A stretch of 62,791 nucleotides of DNA, counting the filler, from Aduncisulcus paluster (taxonomy: Eukaryota): NCBI GenBank assembly GCA_024181965.1. It is 5 parts of 5 records of this genome, joined end to end, with 100 filler letters (N's around TTAATTAATTAA, not from the genome) between each part and the next. Parts side by side here need not be neighbours in the genome. Positions count along the whole stretch, not along the records: positions 1 to 14,385 come from BQXS01012563.1; positions 14,486 to 35,964 come from BQXS01012564.1; 3 more parts are not named here. One strand, written 5' to 3'. The notes beneath the pieces are model-generated. The model did not search any database and was not told the origin of the DNA. It saw only the letters and a list, made by a program, of their open reading frames with translations. Positions 11,824 through 24,937 of the stretch are shown piece after piece (positions within the stretch are counted from its first letter, which is position 1; every line of letters starts with the position of its first letter). The position numbers were made by a program, and so were the translations under genes.

Positions 11824-14385
11824 TTGTGGATCAGTATTTCTGTAAGGAAGAGGATTACCTATTCTCAGATCACCCTCCTTATCTCCAGAGTTATCGGTGA
11901 TGACGATGTTATCATTGGTGGACCTTGGTCTCAGAATTTTGATATTGTTACAATAGCGATAGATGAAACTCGTGAGGAGAATTCAGATTCATATCCAGAG
12001 GAGATTGCCAGAAGATCTGAGACCTGCAACTTCAGTGATATGATTGACCAAACCTCAGAAATCCGTGATGAGATAGCAGAAATTCTGAAAAATCACGCTG
12101 TAATCTTTGATACCAAATTACCGAGAGATGGTTCAAAGTTGGACAAATTTCGAGTAGACCTCATAGATCCGGACAAGACATGGTCCTGCAAGCCAAAGAG
12201 ATTATGCCCTGCGCATCAAGCAGTCCTTTCCGAGAGAATCCGTGATGATCTCAAAGATGGAATTATTGAAAGAAGTTCAAGCTCGAATGTCTGCTCTCCC
12301 GTATTTGTACCAAAAAGAGATGGTGGCACAAGAATGTGTATAAACTTTGTACCACTAAACAGGAATACTGTCCCATTGCCGTTTCCAATCCCAAACGTAG
12401 AGGAAGTTCTCAGCAACGTAGCAAACTGTAAAGTCTTTGGTTCAACCGACTTGGTATCAGGTTTTCATCAAATCCGTGTCGAAGATGAATCCAAACCTTT
12501 ACTAGCATTCACCTGCAGCAAGGGCTTGTTCCAGTATAGAAGGATGCCGTTTGGGACGATGAACGCAAGCGCTCATTTTCAGAGATCGATTGAAAAGGCA
12601 TTCGCTGATCTCACCCCGCACGCTTGCTTAATATTCATTGATGACTTATTAATCAAAGGTGAAACAAATGATGAGTTCTTAACAAACTTAGAAGCAGTTC
12701 TGTCAAGGGTCGAAGAATTGAATCTAAGGCTCAAACCATCCAAATGTAAATTTGGCGTTTCAGAAGTAGAATTTCTCGGAAGAGAGGTATCGGATAAAGG
12801 CATACGTATTGCTGATTCCAGAATATCTGATCTGAAAGACCTTCAACCTCCTAAATCAAAGAAGCAAGTTCAGCAGGCTCTAGGCTTGTTTAATTATTAC
12901 CGATCTTTCGTCCGTAACTTTGCCGATATAGTTGCACCATTAAGGGATTTAACAAAGAAAATGGTTAAATTCTCCTGGTCTGATCAATGTCAGAAGGCCT
13001 TTGAGATGGTAAAAGAAGCTATATTGAAGAAAACACTTATGTTCCATATTGATTATAAGAAAGAGTTGTTTTTGCAAACTGATGCTTCTGACAATGGCAT
13101 TGGTGGTGTATTGTTCCAAGTCTCTGAAACGTCGAGGGAAACCGAGCCCATCTTCTTCGTATCCAAGCGATTGAGTCCAGTTGAGAAAAGATGGCCGACA
13201 GGGGAACAAGAAGCCTATGCCATCAAGTATTGCGTAGAAAGGATGGAGCATTTCTTGCGTGGTGCTCATTTTACTCTACAAACAGACCATGCAAATTTGC
13301 GTTTCATGAGTAACTCAAAAAGTCCTAAGGTACAAAGATGGAACAGTTTTTTGGCCGACTTCTCTTTTGATGTAGTCCATATCCCTGGTAAGGACAACGT
13401 GGTAGCTGACGCTCTCAGCAGGGTTGGAATGTCTGTTACACTCAAGCGCATCATTATAGATGATTCTGTGTTCAAGGACATATTCAAGTCTCAAGAATCA
13501 TTGTTATCTGAAGATGAGAAAGCTGCTTATAAATATGACGATGGATATTACCGCGATGGTCAATACAGAATAGTTATTCCTGCTTTAGATGAGGATCTTC
13601 ACAAGCGTATATTCAAAACTTTTCATTCTGCGGTATCAGGACATCATGGATCATCTCAGACACAATTCAAAATTCAAAGCAATGGACTATCTTGGGCAAG
13701 CATTGCTAAGGATTGTAAAAACTGGGTTGCAAGTTGCATAACTTGTCAAAAATTGAGATCAGCAATTCCTAAAAGGAAACCTTCATTCACAACGGAACGA
13801 GAAGAACCCTTCCACACCATATGTATCGATACTATGGGACCTCTTCCTCCTTCTGTGAATGGAAATAAGTATATCTTAGTTGCTGTTGATGCATTTACTC
13901 GATGGGTTGAAATTGTACCATGCAAATCGGCTGAAAAATGGGAAGTCGTTAACTTTCTTGTAAATGATATCATTAGTCGTTTTGGTGTGCCAAGAGAGAT
14001 CATTAGCGACCAAGGAAGACAGTATGCCAACTATTTATCTGATCATTTATTTGATACCTTCGGTATTGTCCATCATAGGACAACATCAGATCATCCTGAA
14101 GCCAATGGACGTGTGGAACGTGTGAATCGGGAGGTAAAGAGACACTTGATGGGATTTGTTTCAGAGCTCATCGAGAAGGATGAATGGGATTCTTGTCTTC
14201 CTCTCGTACAAAACATTATAAACCACACTCCCCATTCTGCCATTGGATGTTCTCCCTCGGAGATGCTTTTTGGCGGAAGAAAATCAAGAAGTGTCATTGT
14301 TGATTGGCAAAACTCTCGGGAAACATCTCTTTCAGAATTGCCTGAGGCACACAAACATGTTGATGAATACGTGAAACAACTCACG
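11824..14385 (+). CDS. Pol: RT, RNase H and integrase (Ty3/Gypsy)
   Basis: DLVSGFHQI, MPFG, FIDD; TDASD, EQEAYAI, TDH, NVVADALSR; H..GH..CxxC, IDTMGP, SDQG, NGRVER. Confidence 0.97.
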
Positions 14386-14485
14386 NNNNNNNNNNNNNNN
14401 NNNNNNNNNNNNNNNNNNNNNNNNNNNNNTTAATTAATTAANNNNNNNNNNNNNNNNNNNNNNNNNNNNNNNNNNNNNNNNNNNN
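14386..14485. other. Artificial contig linker (N-TTAATTAATTAA-N); also near 35965-36063, 56458-56557 and 59833-59932
   Basis: Identical six-frame-stop 12-mer flanked by N runs, four times. Confidence 0.97.
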
Positions 14486-16469
14486 TGCATAAAACTGAGG
14501 AAGAAGCGACAAAATTAGATAGAGAAGCCCGTGATCGTGATGCGATAATGCTGAAGATGCAAGAGAATATAACAGATAAAGAGAAAGAAGCCAAACGTTT
14601 AAAAGAGCAGGTCATGGCCCAAGAACGGGAAAAAGCTGAAGCCGAAGAGATTGTTAAGGAATCTGAGACCGTTATATTGTCTCTCTTCCGTGATATTGAA
14701 TCATATAAATCCCAATTCAATTCTCTTTTAAAAGCCATCGAAAATCGTAATTCCGACATAGATTCTGCGCTTAAATTAAAGAAAAAGCTTGAAGGTGAGC
14801 TTATAGTCCTCACTCATAAACTAGAAAGGACCAGAAGTAATGTTCAGAAGGTTCAAGAAGAAAGGATGCAAATAACCGCCGAAACACATGAACTTGAGCA
14901 AAATGCGATCCTTCTTGACTCTCAACTCAAACGTTTAATGGAAGAAAAAGAGAAAGTTGACGCTGCTATTGCTGAGACCCTTGAAAGTACGAAGGCTGTT
15001 GAAGAACAGATAGTTGCTGATATAAGACATCTTTCGTCCACCCACAAGAAACTTGAACAGCTACAACGTGAAAATACCCTCATTGAAAGCCAAAGGTTAA
15101 AGACGGAAGAAGAGATTGCCACCATTTCCTCTGAGAGTTCTTTCTTACACCGTGAAGCCTCTTCCTCGAGGCAAGACATTTCCAGTGCTCGTAAGGACAT
15201 CGATTCCATTGGTGCCTCTCTGATATCTGCCGAGAATGAGTTTGAAAAGGCCAAACTTGACAAGATCCGCTATGAAGGCAATATCAGCACCTTGCTCAAG
15301 AGTCTTGAGATTGTCCAGAATCGATAAGCAAGAAGCTGTCGTGAAAGAGTATGAGGAGCGTATATCCAAACAGGATAGAACGATAGAGAAGAGAGCTGGG
15401 GAGATTGATCGTCTCAACAAACAAGTTGCTGCCCTTCTTCAGAATAAGACAGAGGAGAAAGTTGATTGCAAGCATTAATTCTTCCATCACCGATCTTGGT
15501 GATGAGATTGCCCGTAAAACGCGTGAGGATAGCCGTGAGCTTGAAGAGAAGAGGCTTGAAAGTGAGAGACTTGTGAGCTGTATCAAGGATAAAGAGAAAG
15601 AAAGAGATGATCTTGAAAAATCCCTGATTGATGAAGAGAAGAGAATCCAAGAATTTGAGCATGTCATTAGCATTACAAAGGAAATGATGGAGGTTGCCGA
15701 TCCAAAACATGGTCAGGCTGACATCAAGAAGATGCAAAAGGAAGTTCACATTATGGAGATGAAACTCCGTGAGATCAAGAAATATCAAAAGGCACAATGG
15801 AAACAAATTGAACAAGGGATGGCGAAAAAGTTAGCTTCGGAGAAGAAACGTGATGCCATGGAAAAAAAGAAGAGAGACAAAGCTTTGAGTGACGAACTTG
15901 GTCAAATCAAACGTGGGGCCGTTGTTCCTCGTCCTGCACGAACCTACTCCTCCTCTTCCTCCTCTTCCTCCTCTCGCTCTTCCTTGGGCTCACGCTCTTC
16001 CTCGACTGCCCGAATGACTGTTGCTGAGACCAAGAAGGCCATTTCCAACTTCACTTCAGATATCCACAAAGCCAAGAAAACATTGTATTCCGAAGAGCAG
16101 AAGAAAGGAGATATTATTGATTCCTTGAAGGATATTGATGCGGAGATTGATGAATTGACTGAAATGAATGGGAAATTGAGATCTGACGAAGAGAGACTAA
16201 GAGAAGAAACTGAGCGTAAGAAGCTTGTGAAGGAGTTAACAGGTCTATGGAGCACTGCTCTTGTGTGTATTGTGAACAAGCTTGAGAATTTAAAGAGGAC
16301 TCGTGAAGAGAAGGAAGATGATGAGGAGGAAGATGAGGAGAAGGAAGATGAGGAATTGGTTGCAATTGTGAAGGATATCGACTCTGATGGAACAGAAATC
16401 ATTAAGAAACTCTCAGGTATTGCTGAGTCTCTCCATACCAAGAACTTATCAGAACAATTAAGCAGATGA
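14486..16469 (+). pseudogene. CCDC40: CCDC40/FAP172-like axonemal coiled-coil gene, frameshifted
   Basis: Long coiled coil over three frames (shifts near 15320 and 15470); EKRIQEFE..I.ITKEM...D...GQADIKKMQKEVHIM resembles the CCDC40 conserved block. Confidence 0.55.
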
Positions 16470-16782
16470 TCCTTGACTTTATTGTTATGAAGTAATTGTG
16501 ATATTTGTGTGATTTGGAATAGTAAAACGCAGCCAATCTTCCTTCCACAATCGTTATCACGTGTTTATAATAAGAAGACGGGCAATACCTGATCCTCAAC
16601 TTCTTCATTACTTTACTCGGCCTGATCCTGAGAGATTTTACTTCTATCTTGATAAAATGAGTTTGGTTTATGACACGGGAAAGATTATTGTGATAAAAAG
16701 TCATGTATGTTGGGTGGGTGGGTGGGCAAGACATACATGATATCATGATAATATACATAACTACAGACGATGATATACTACT

Positions 16783-19700
16783 TTAGCCGAAATTGGAACC
16801 GTTTCTTTCTCTTTCTTTCTTGTACTCCATGCGGCCATCGATCATCACTCCACGTTGAAGAAGGAGGATGTCATCACGGATCTTTCGGAGAACCATTTGA
16901 GTGCAGTGGTTTGAATCTCTTACTGATGAGAGTTCCCATATCCAGTGAAGTTTTACCCGCTCTTTTCTTGGGATGTTAATCAAACAAGTCTTTACGGACC
17001 AAAACACTCTTTTTGTTCTTTCGAACCACAGATACTCCATCGAGATATAGCTGGATTCCCACACACCAAACCTTTTCGATTTCAGGAGTTTTCTTGGTAA
17101 TTAAACTCTTCCACTTTAGCTGACTTTCCTCCCTTTCAGAACCAATTCTACCGTTTCTCGTAACAATGTCGTTCACTTTGTGGTATCCTTGCAGGTTCTC
17201 AGAGGATCTATTTATAGAACCGACTATGATGTGTTCGTTTATTAATAAATTGTACGTAAGCTTTATCGCATTCTACCATAACTTCCTCGCATTCCTAGAG
17301 CTTTGGTAAATCTTCCATGTACCTCGCATAATGAACGAACATTTGACAGAAGATATATCTGAAAAAAGTTTCATTTTTTGCTTGATTCGTGGATCTTCTT
17401 CTGTGTAACTATGTGAGCTGAATCTCCTCTTTGAACTCTGAGACTCATCCAGTTCATCAACAATTTGATGAGTTTGTTCTCTTCGCTTTCTTTTCTTCTC
17501 TTCCTCCTCTCTCTCATTCTCTCTCTCATTTCACGGACTTCTTCTCTTGATACTTGTTCCATTAAATCTTCGAGTTCACTAATACATTTCACTCGGGCTT
17601 CTTTTTCTGCGCAATCGGTCATCTTTGAAACAAACATTCTCTGATGCACGTGTAAATCTTGAAAAAATATTAGAAATGGTAATGAAAGGTAAAAAAAGAA
17701 AGAAAGGGTTTAGACAAAAACAAAATGATATCACTGGCACATGGGTGAACTTCAAACGGAGAAACTATCTTGTTAATTTGACTCAATTTCCTGATTTCCT
17801 TCTTGGCACTGAGGGTGAGGCCGATTTCAAGAAATTGGAGCATATATGATCCAATCCGAAGAACTTCAAGATGCATGTAGTCATGTGGCATGTGATACTG
17901 GACTATACTATACTGCGGATGAAAAAACAGAGCAGAATCCATCAAGACACAATGATAATCCGAGGATGGCCGATGAGGTGAACCAGATCCATTCTCAAAA
18001 AGCCGGAGTCCACTCGCTTCACAGATTTGGCATCGTGATGAATACGTAGGAGAAGAGAAGGGGGCATCACGTCTGTTCCATCAGGTAGAGTCCGGATCCT
18101 TGATTCAATTCTTGATTGCTCCCACTTGACGATATCACGACGGGTTGGTATGTGATGTGTTAAATGAGAGTTTATCCCGAGAGATTGAGCGAGAGAGGCC
18201 AACTCCTCGATGAAGGAGCCAGTTACTCTCCCCTCTCGAACTCCTTTGGCAATGAATATTTCAAGGGAAGATAGTTTGTGAGGGGAGGGCGAGTGGTTGT
18301 GTGATGTCGAAGGTTCAGCAAAGATCTTGAGTGCTTTTGAAGAAAGAGTGATTATGGTGGGTGGCCTGGGAGGAGCTTGGGAGAGGGACATTGCCGATGG
18401 TGTGGAGGGGGAGGGGGTAGGGGGAGTGTAATGATCATGCGTCTCTAAATGTCCGTTCGGCGTTTTCAACCTGGCATAGTGAGGGGAATGTCCCTAGTTT
18501 CAGCACAGGGTAGAGCAGAAGAACACCGGAGTATTCGGCAGCTTGGAAATGATTGTGTAACGTGGTTGTGACAAAAACCACCTTGTCTTGACAACTAATC
18601 GGGTCATCTATTTTGACTCCTTGCTGCAGACCAGTAATATCCTCAATGATCCCATATAACAGAAGATCTGTTGGATCTGTGCATGTGTAGCTGGGCTTGC
18701 CCTTTGAATAAGCTTCGATGTCGTTTCACTTGGTTTTAGACTCTGATCCTCATCTTTTAGTTCAAGTATCCTGGTCCTGTTAGGAGATGGCTTGAAGATG
18801 AGCTGGATACATTCATCAGTTTCCTTGACACTCACCAACCCACCTCCAAGCCACTCCCACTCCCCTTCCTCTACTTCTCCTTCGACGTCCCATCTCAACC
18901 TCCTGTAACCTTCTTCCTTCTCTTCTCCATCTCCTTTAAATATATAAACCACACCTCTCTTCCACTCCCCATCATCCCCTACCAACCCCACCTCCACGCT
19001 CAATTCTTCAATCTCTCCTTCTTCTTCTTCTTCTCCTCTCAGCTTCTTAAGCACTTTTCCGGTTCCGGGGCTTGGGCTCACACTCTTTCTTCTCTTTCCT
19101 TTCTTCTTCTTCATCTTTTTTTCCTCTACCTTCTCTTTCTCTTCCTCTTCCTTCTCTTTCTCTTCCTCTTCCTCTTCCTTCTCTTTCTCTTCCTCTTCCT
19201 CACGCTCTACATGTTCAACTTCCTTCTCTTCCTTCTCTTCCTTCTTCTTCATCTCTTCTCTCATCTTCTCCATCTCTTCCTCCATCTTCTTCATCTTCTT
19301 CTCTTTCTTCTTCATCTTCCTCTTCAACGTCTCTATCCTCCTCTTAGCAGAGGAGATGCTTGCTAAGGCGACCGTTCTTTGTTTTCTCTTAAATTATAAC
19401 CCTCAGCAGAAATAACTGCTTTCAACCCTTCAAACCGAGCCGACTATACTCTTTCTTTAACATTTCATCTGTTGGAGCTCTTCGTTTTCCATCTTCAGCA
19501 AAGATCAAATCGTCTGAAGTTATGGCTCTCCTAATTGTTGCGAACGCTTTTTGAGATAGATTGCGCGTAACAACGAGAGAAAGAAGACACTGTCCGAGAG
19601 CAGAAAGACGCAGAGATTGGGATTCTGGAAGGGATGAGGAAGGCACAATCGTCGGAGAAAAATCGCAATTGATGATTGTTGGTGATGATTCGCGATCTTG

Positions 19701-20200
19701 GTCAAAAGTCCCTGGAGTGTGGTCACGGTCACCAGTCTCAGTATAGGCTAGAGATTATAGGAGATGAAACTGTAGGAGAAGGAATAAAGCCACTAGATGC
19801 TGGCATATAACGGCATGTAATTGGGCAGAATTCTCCCATATAAAAAAAAGGATGGGATCTACGAACGGATCGACGGGCAATTGAGGGAGCATTAGGAACA
19901 ATTAGTGCTTTAATGTTGGCTATAGGCAAGGAATACGGATTCATTAGTAGCAATTTATCATCATCGCTGATTATTCTTTCTGACTGTATTATCGCTGAGG
20001 GATTTCTCACTCTCTTCCTTCTTCCTCTTCTTCTTCCACCGATTTTTCAGCCTGTTCTTCCTCCGATATGTCAGCCTCATAAGGAACAAAGGTAGTGCCC
20101 TTACAGATACAACAAACCATCTTTCTTCCAACTCGGCTACACTGAGGACATACCGGAGACAGCCCACATGTCTGGCAAGAGAACAGTGAGTCGCTTTCGA
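16783..20200 (-). mobile_element. Degenerate CACTA/EnSpm-like transposase region with an E/K-rich low-complexity segment
   Basis: HDYMHLEVL (DxMH-like, 17670-17945); H...G...SSE-like block near 17200-17250; LSQKAF..I....PT N-terminal block; many frame breaks. Confidence 0.45.
18608..19327 (-). CDS. E/K-rich low-complexity ORF within the TE remnant
   Basis: Purine-rich repeats at 19000-19330. Confidence 0.35.
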   Translation of the reverse strand: MKRKMKKKEKKMKKMEEEMEKMREEMKKKEEKEEKEVEHVEREEEEEKEKEEEEEEKEKEEEEKEKVEEKKMKKKKGKRRKSVSPSPGTGKVLKKLRGEEEEEGEIEELSVEVGLVGDDGEWKRGVVYIFKGDGEEKEEGYRRLRWDVEGEVEEGEWEWLGGGLVSVKETDECIQLIFKPSPNRTRILELKDEDQSLKPSETTSKLIQRASPATHAQIQQIFCYMGSLRILLVCSKESK

Positions 20201-20618
20201 TACAGCAAATATCGCAAGAGCGAGAAGAGAGAGTTAGCTCCGGAATGTCCGCTATTATCCTATCACCCCAGCGAATAATCCCTTCTGGGGAACCAAAACT
20301 TTCACAGAGGAGCTTCCCAAGGCCTTTGGGAGTGACATGGGAGACATACTCCTATCTCCCGACGATCCCCATCTCTTTCCTATGCTTGTTGGTCCATCGC
20401 AAGTTCAATTACTTTGCGTACTTAGCGAGGGTTAATCCCCATTTTGCCCCTTTCTTTCTTGGGATCCCTTTAAGGTTCTTTAATGTCCGATAAACAAACA
20501 TGAATATGAAATAATGATCGTGTACACTTAATTCAATGGTATTTACACCATGAATGATGGTGTTAATGATACACAATTTTTCCGATTTCGCTATTGCTCC
20601 TATATCATCATCCGAACA

Positions 20619-21260
20619 TCATCCACTCCTTACTCTCTCCTCTACTTCATCAATAAGGGACATATCTTCGCTAAGCCTTGAATATTGATGAACCTTCTGT
20701 CGGCTTTTTACCCAAGATTGGGTTTCGTTGTTGGGGGAGATTGCTTGATCCAACGGAATCTCACCAAGTGCCCCAAAGACGGCATAATATCCACACATAC
20801 ATCCAGCTCCACTCACAGATAAAGCTGAAGCCGGTTTGAGGATGTTTTGCAGTTTCGAACCATCCGATGAAAACTTTGAAAGTTTAAAGATTTTGTGAGG
20901 GTAATCACTTGGATTCCCTTTAGGTTTGGGAAATGTTTTTTCCATAAATTTTCAAATTAATCTCAATAACGGCTGTGTGATGAATTCTAGCATTATCTAA
21001 CACGAAAATATCATGTCTATCTGGCCCTATTAATCCACTTGCTTTCATCACTTGCAGACACTGAATGAGCTCGACCCTAGCTACCCCTCCCTCAATACAA
21101 TCGTGATGGATGAATCCATCTAGCCCCAAGAATGCAAAAAAATTAAATCGTTTTGATCTCAAGGATTGATTGTGGAAAATTATCGTTCTAGTGCCTTTAA
21201 CAAGCTCTTAGAACTAAGATGCATACATCATCTTGGATGGCATATGAATCAGCTGGTAGA
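20619..21260 (-). pseudogene. IS630/Tc1 transposase fragment followed by an OTU-like cysteine protease motif
   Basis: FVLDNARIHH (20920-21162); VSGAGCMCGYYAVFGALG..W...R (20619-20945). Confidence 0.55.
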
Positions 21261-21268
21261 TCTACCCT

Positions 21269-23324
21269 CTATTTCAAAAACAGAACGATCGCAAAGTCTG
21301 GCCACATGTGTCGGTATGGTGAGATGCTAATTCCCTTCCCATTAAAGAGATTGACCCTGTCTCCCACTCTGTCTCCCACCGGGTGCGATCTTTTTTTTTT
21401 ACCTGCTTGTACAAGGTGAAGGCTCAGGTCCGAAGCATCATAGATGTGACAGGGAGTTTTACCGCCATGTGGAGTCCCACTGAATGCAGCTCTTTGAGGG
21501 GAGTGGGCGATAAGGTTCTGTAACCCCCCGAAGATAATACAATCTTCACAGAACATTCCACTCTCAAGAATGGTGGTTTCGTGACAAATAATGTCAGCGC
21601 AAATCTTTCTGCTGTTAAGGATCCTCAGCTCATCAATCATTGCAACTTCATGAACTGAGGAATCGATCAGGAGGGCATCACGGAATATTTCACACCCAAG
21701 ATGAGACATCGTGCCAATCATTCTGGTTAAGACACTGATTGGATGCTCAAGGGAGGATTTATCGACAAGTTGGATCAGCTCCTGGTGTTCATCGGATGGC
21801 TCTGATGTCAGATGGATAATCAGGGATAAAAACAGATCCAATCGCAACATCGCCATAATCGTATCCAAACCCATAGTCCTCGTAACCTTCTGGTATATTT
21901 CCTCCTGAAGGTGGTGTTGAAGAGTCAACACAAGAGCTTTTGTCACAGAGAATTCCAGCTGCAGATGGAATAAGGGCACCACATTGTCCCTTTTGAGAGT
22001 GACTAGCTCTAACAACTTCATTATAATCGGAATAAATTTCCAGGACAGTCGCCTGAGATAGTGTCTCAGCGGTATCGGTATCGCAAAAAATCATCACTTG
22101 TTCAGAAACCAATAGAAATCCCACATGTTCAACTCGGGGAGATGTAGACGTATGGGCACAGATCACACGGATACGGGGGTCATCCTCAAAATTCGAGCAC
22201 GAACAGCACAGAGCGTTAACATTCCAAAGTTCAGAATGCTTGTATGACTGTCGCTGACCCAAACCTATTCGGCAGTGGAAGCATCGCAAGAATATCTTGG
22301 CCCTTTCAAGGGAATCACGTCCATGAACTTCGATTTGTCGAGTGAGAGAAGTTCTAACAAGGCGATTAGCGCTATCTAGCATAAATATTTGAATAATCAT
22401 AGACAAAAATACGATTTCCTGCTATATCCAGTTCTATGACATAAATACACACAAATATTGACGTAAAGTGAATCTCAGCATAGGGAGGATTATTTATCAC
22501 CCAGTTTTTATATGGAAATTCTGATGGTTTGAACGAATATGAGATGGTTACATTTTTGTAAGAAACATGAAAGTGCTCTCCGCTCCATGCTTGAAGAATG
22601 TACCGCCAGTTTCGCCACGAGAGCGATTGTCTGTTCCATGCTACCCTACTACATTCCTAGTAGATGGAGAATAATTGTTCAGGAACAGTCTATTCTTCTC
22701 ACACCATTTCGTGACTTGATGCCTGAGACCATGGTAGAGTTCGCCAGTAACATCATCCTGGTTCCAAAGATCACATGAAGTCCAATGCTCTTTGAGACTC
22801 AAGAGATATTCCCAGATCGGGGCGTATCGGATACAGCCAAGAGAATATCGAGCACTTATAGCCTCCTTGAGCTTTCTGAAGCTGTATGGCGAAGGGAAGT
22901 AGTGATGAGAGAGTCCATCCCGTCTTGCGGCATCCTGGATCAGTGCCAACATTGTGACCGGAAGCATTCCAGTGCTCACTAAGTAGAGCAAACACCGGGA
23001 GAGATTGGATGTGTGGGGGATGGTGATCTGGGGAGGAGAATCTACAGCACTGATCTCAGAAAAGAAATAGCGAGTAGATTTCTCCATCTCCTTTCTGCAC
23101 TTTTCCCTTTCTTTCTCCTTTCGAGCTGCACCGTCAACTCCCCAGGGTAGCCTCACTCTTATATCCCAGGGATCCGATTCTTCTGGCCAAGTTGACTCTC
23201 GCTCTGGCCCACTGTTGCCTTCCGGTGCCGAAGAATCTTCATTTGAAGACCTTGAATAAACAATTACAACTTTATTGTTTTGCTTCAGTAAATTGGAACG
23301 AGCACTCGGGTGCATGTGCGCCAA
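21269..23324 (-). mobile_element. CACTA/EnSpm (Plavaka-like) transposase remnant
   Basis: LIAHSPQRAAFSG....KTPCHI resembles the D.P.R...G.....PC..C motif; Cys clusters; broken into three ORFs. Confidence 0.5.
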
Positions 23325-23829
23325 CCTTTAAAATCTTAATTGGATTAGTCGCAACATAAGCAGGGCGGTCTTGACCCATATTCAGAATGTGATTCCTACA
23401 TGCATCGCATCTAACCATAATTCGAATCTTACATTCCCTTCTTAAATGGAAAAATGAGATTTTGCACTCACCCAACACATGTTCCAGCAGCATTTTCACG
23501 GCGGGTATGTCCTCCCCGCATATCGCAGTGAACATGGTACGGTCAAGATACTTGACCTCATCGAGCTTCTCAATTTCGGATTCTACAACTGGAACGCCAT
23601 ATAGCTCGACTTTTCCCTGAGAGGACTCCAGTTCAATGGGTTTTGAGTGAACGTAGACACTAAACCCCTTGCTAGTCTTTCTAGGCGTATACACCGCAAG
23701 TGATTTAGGAGGAGCAGTCATTTTGACGGAAAGATGAACCCATCTCTTATTCGTACTTAAATTACACATCACAAAATAAAACATGGCACTCGATGCAAGT
23801 TGACACTTAAACCTCTCTAGTTTATCCAT
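23272..23829 (-). CDS. Hypothetical CxxC..HxxxC zinc-finger protein (TE-associated); paralogous domain at 24011-24301
   Basis: Both copies share KMLLEHVLGECK..RIMVRCxxC..HIL..G.H..EC.FQF. Confidence 0.5.
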   Translation of the reverse strand: MDKLERFKCQLASSAMFYFVMCNLSTNKRWVHLSVKMTAPPKSLAVYTPRKTSKGFSVYVHSKPIELESSQGKVELYGVPVVESEIEKLDEVKYLDRTMFTAICGEDIPAVKMLLEHVLGECKISFFHLRRECKIRIMVRCDACRNHILNMGQDRPAYVATNPIKILKVGAHAPECSFQFTEAKQ

Positions 23830-24306
23830 TTTCTATTTTATTTTCTACCGGAAATTTTAAAATTCGCTGAGGCGACTAAAATGTTTCCAGCACCTCGTAT
23901 AAAGAAAATTTACACATATGATCCGGGTGATAAATTATTGTTAAGACCTTTAACAAATCTAACTACCAATATTTAACAATAATGAAAATACATTTATTTT
24001 AAATGCAGCTTTATTTTCTTTCTTCGATTTCAATAGAAGAAGTAGAACACTCACATTCATGATCCGCATGGACAAATTGGAATCTGCACTCCTGGCTGTG
24101 CTCCCCAATCCTCGTAACCATTAAAGGATTTGGACACCACCGTTGACAACAGCCCCGAGCTGCATTTGAACATCCGCCCAAGGTTAGAATGTGGTACTTA
24201 CACTCCTCGCATCTAACCATAATTCGATCCCCCTTAGTACTTCGCATGTGGAAATAAGCAACTTTACACTCTCCCAACACATGTTCCAACAACATTTTCA
24301 CGGACC

Positions 24307-24740
24307 TTATAGGTACAGAAATGGCAGCAACATCGCCGAGTTCGTTACGAATAGATAGACCAGATCACGTTTGTGAGTCGAGTTTCTTCGTATGACTTGC
24401 AAGTGAGCGTTGTAACTCTTGGTCCATCGGTAGCAGTAAGTCATAGCTTGGGCTCCTGTAATGGTTTGGCCCGTGTGCTCGCATTTGATTTCATTTAGAT
24501 CATCAATTAGTGCTGGGAGTTCATACATACTCTACTCGAATTGGTCCTTGATGAGGTCGATGAAATCTAAGACCATGGCTCGATCACCATCATACTTTGG
24601 CGCGAGTCTTTTGATTTGTAGGCCATCATAAATGGTGATGATAGCGGCTGGTTCAATGATACGAGTAAGAACAGGCAGTTTAATGCCAGGATAGCGTTCA
24701 CTGAGCTCTTCGAATTCAGCGATGTACTTGAGGACGGTAG
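24307..24740 (-). pseudogene. Gypsy-type gag remnant
   Basis: LKYIAEFEE..LTRIIE..FIDLIKDQFE parallels the gag at 31690-32216; LTR motif AATAAATTTGCTAGCC upstream. Confidence 0.55.
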
Positions 24741-24937
24741 TTAAGAAAATTCACAGTTCATTGGTGTTAATTTCAAAGAAATATAAATGAATAAATCTTT
24801 GGGCTAGCAAATTTATTCTTTTTTAGATTTAATCAGATACAACATTGGTTTCTAGTACTAGCATTAGTTTTTTTTTAAAATGTGCCCAGAACTCCTGAAA
24901 TATTATGAGATAGCCAAAAATCAACTAAAGGTGCCAC

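Larger units (their letters stand above)
7444..14385 (+). mobile_element. Ty3/Gypsy LTR retrotransposon (3' end cut by the contig end) carrying a nested hAT
   Basis: Order gag - zinc knuckle - protease - RT - RNase H - integrase. Confidence 0.92.

Noticed and set aside
14430..14441. TTAATTAATTAA palindrome (four copies) as a biological motif
   Set aside because: Always centred in N runs; an artificial six-frame-stop contig linker, so adjacency across it is meaningless
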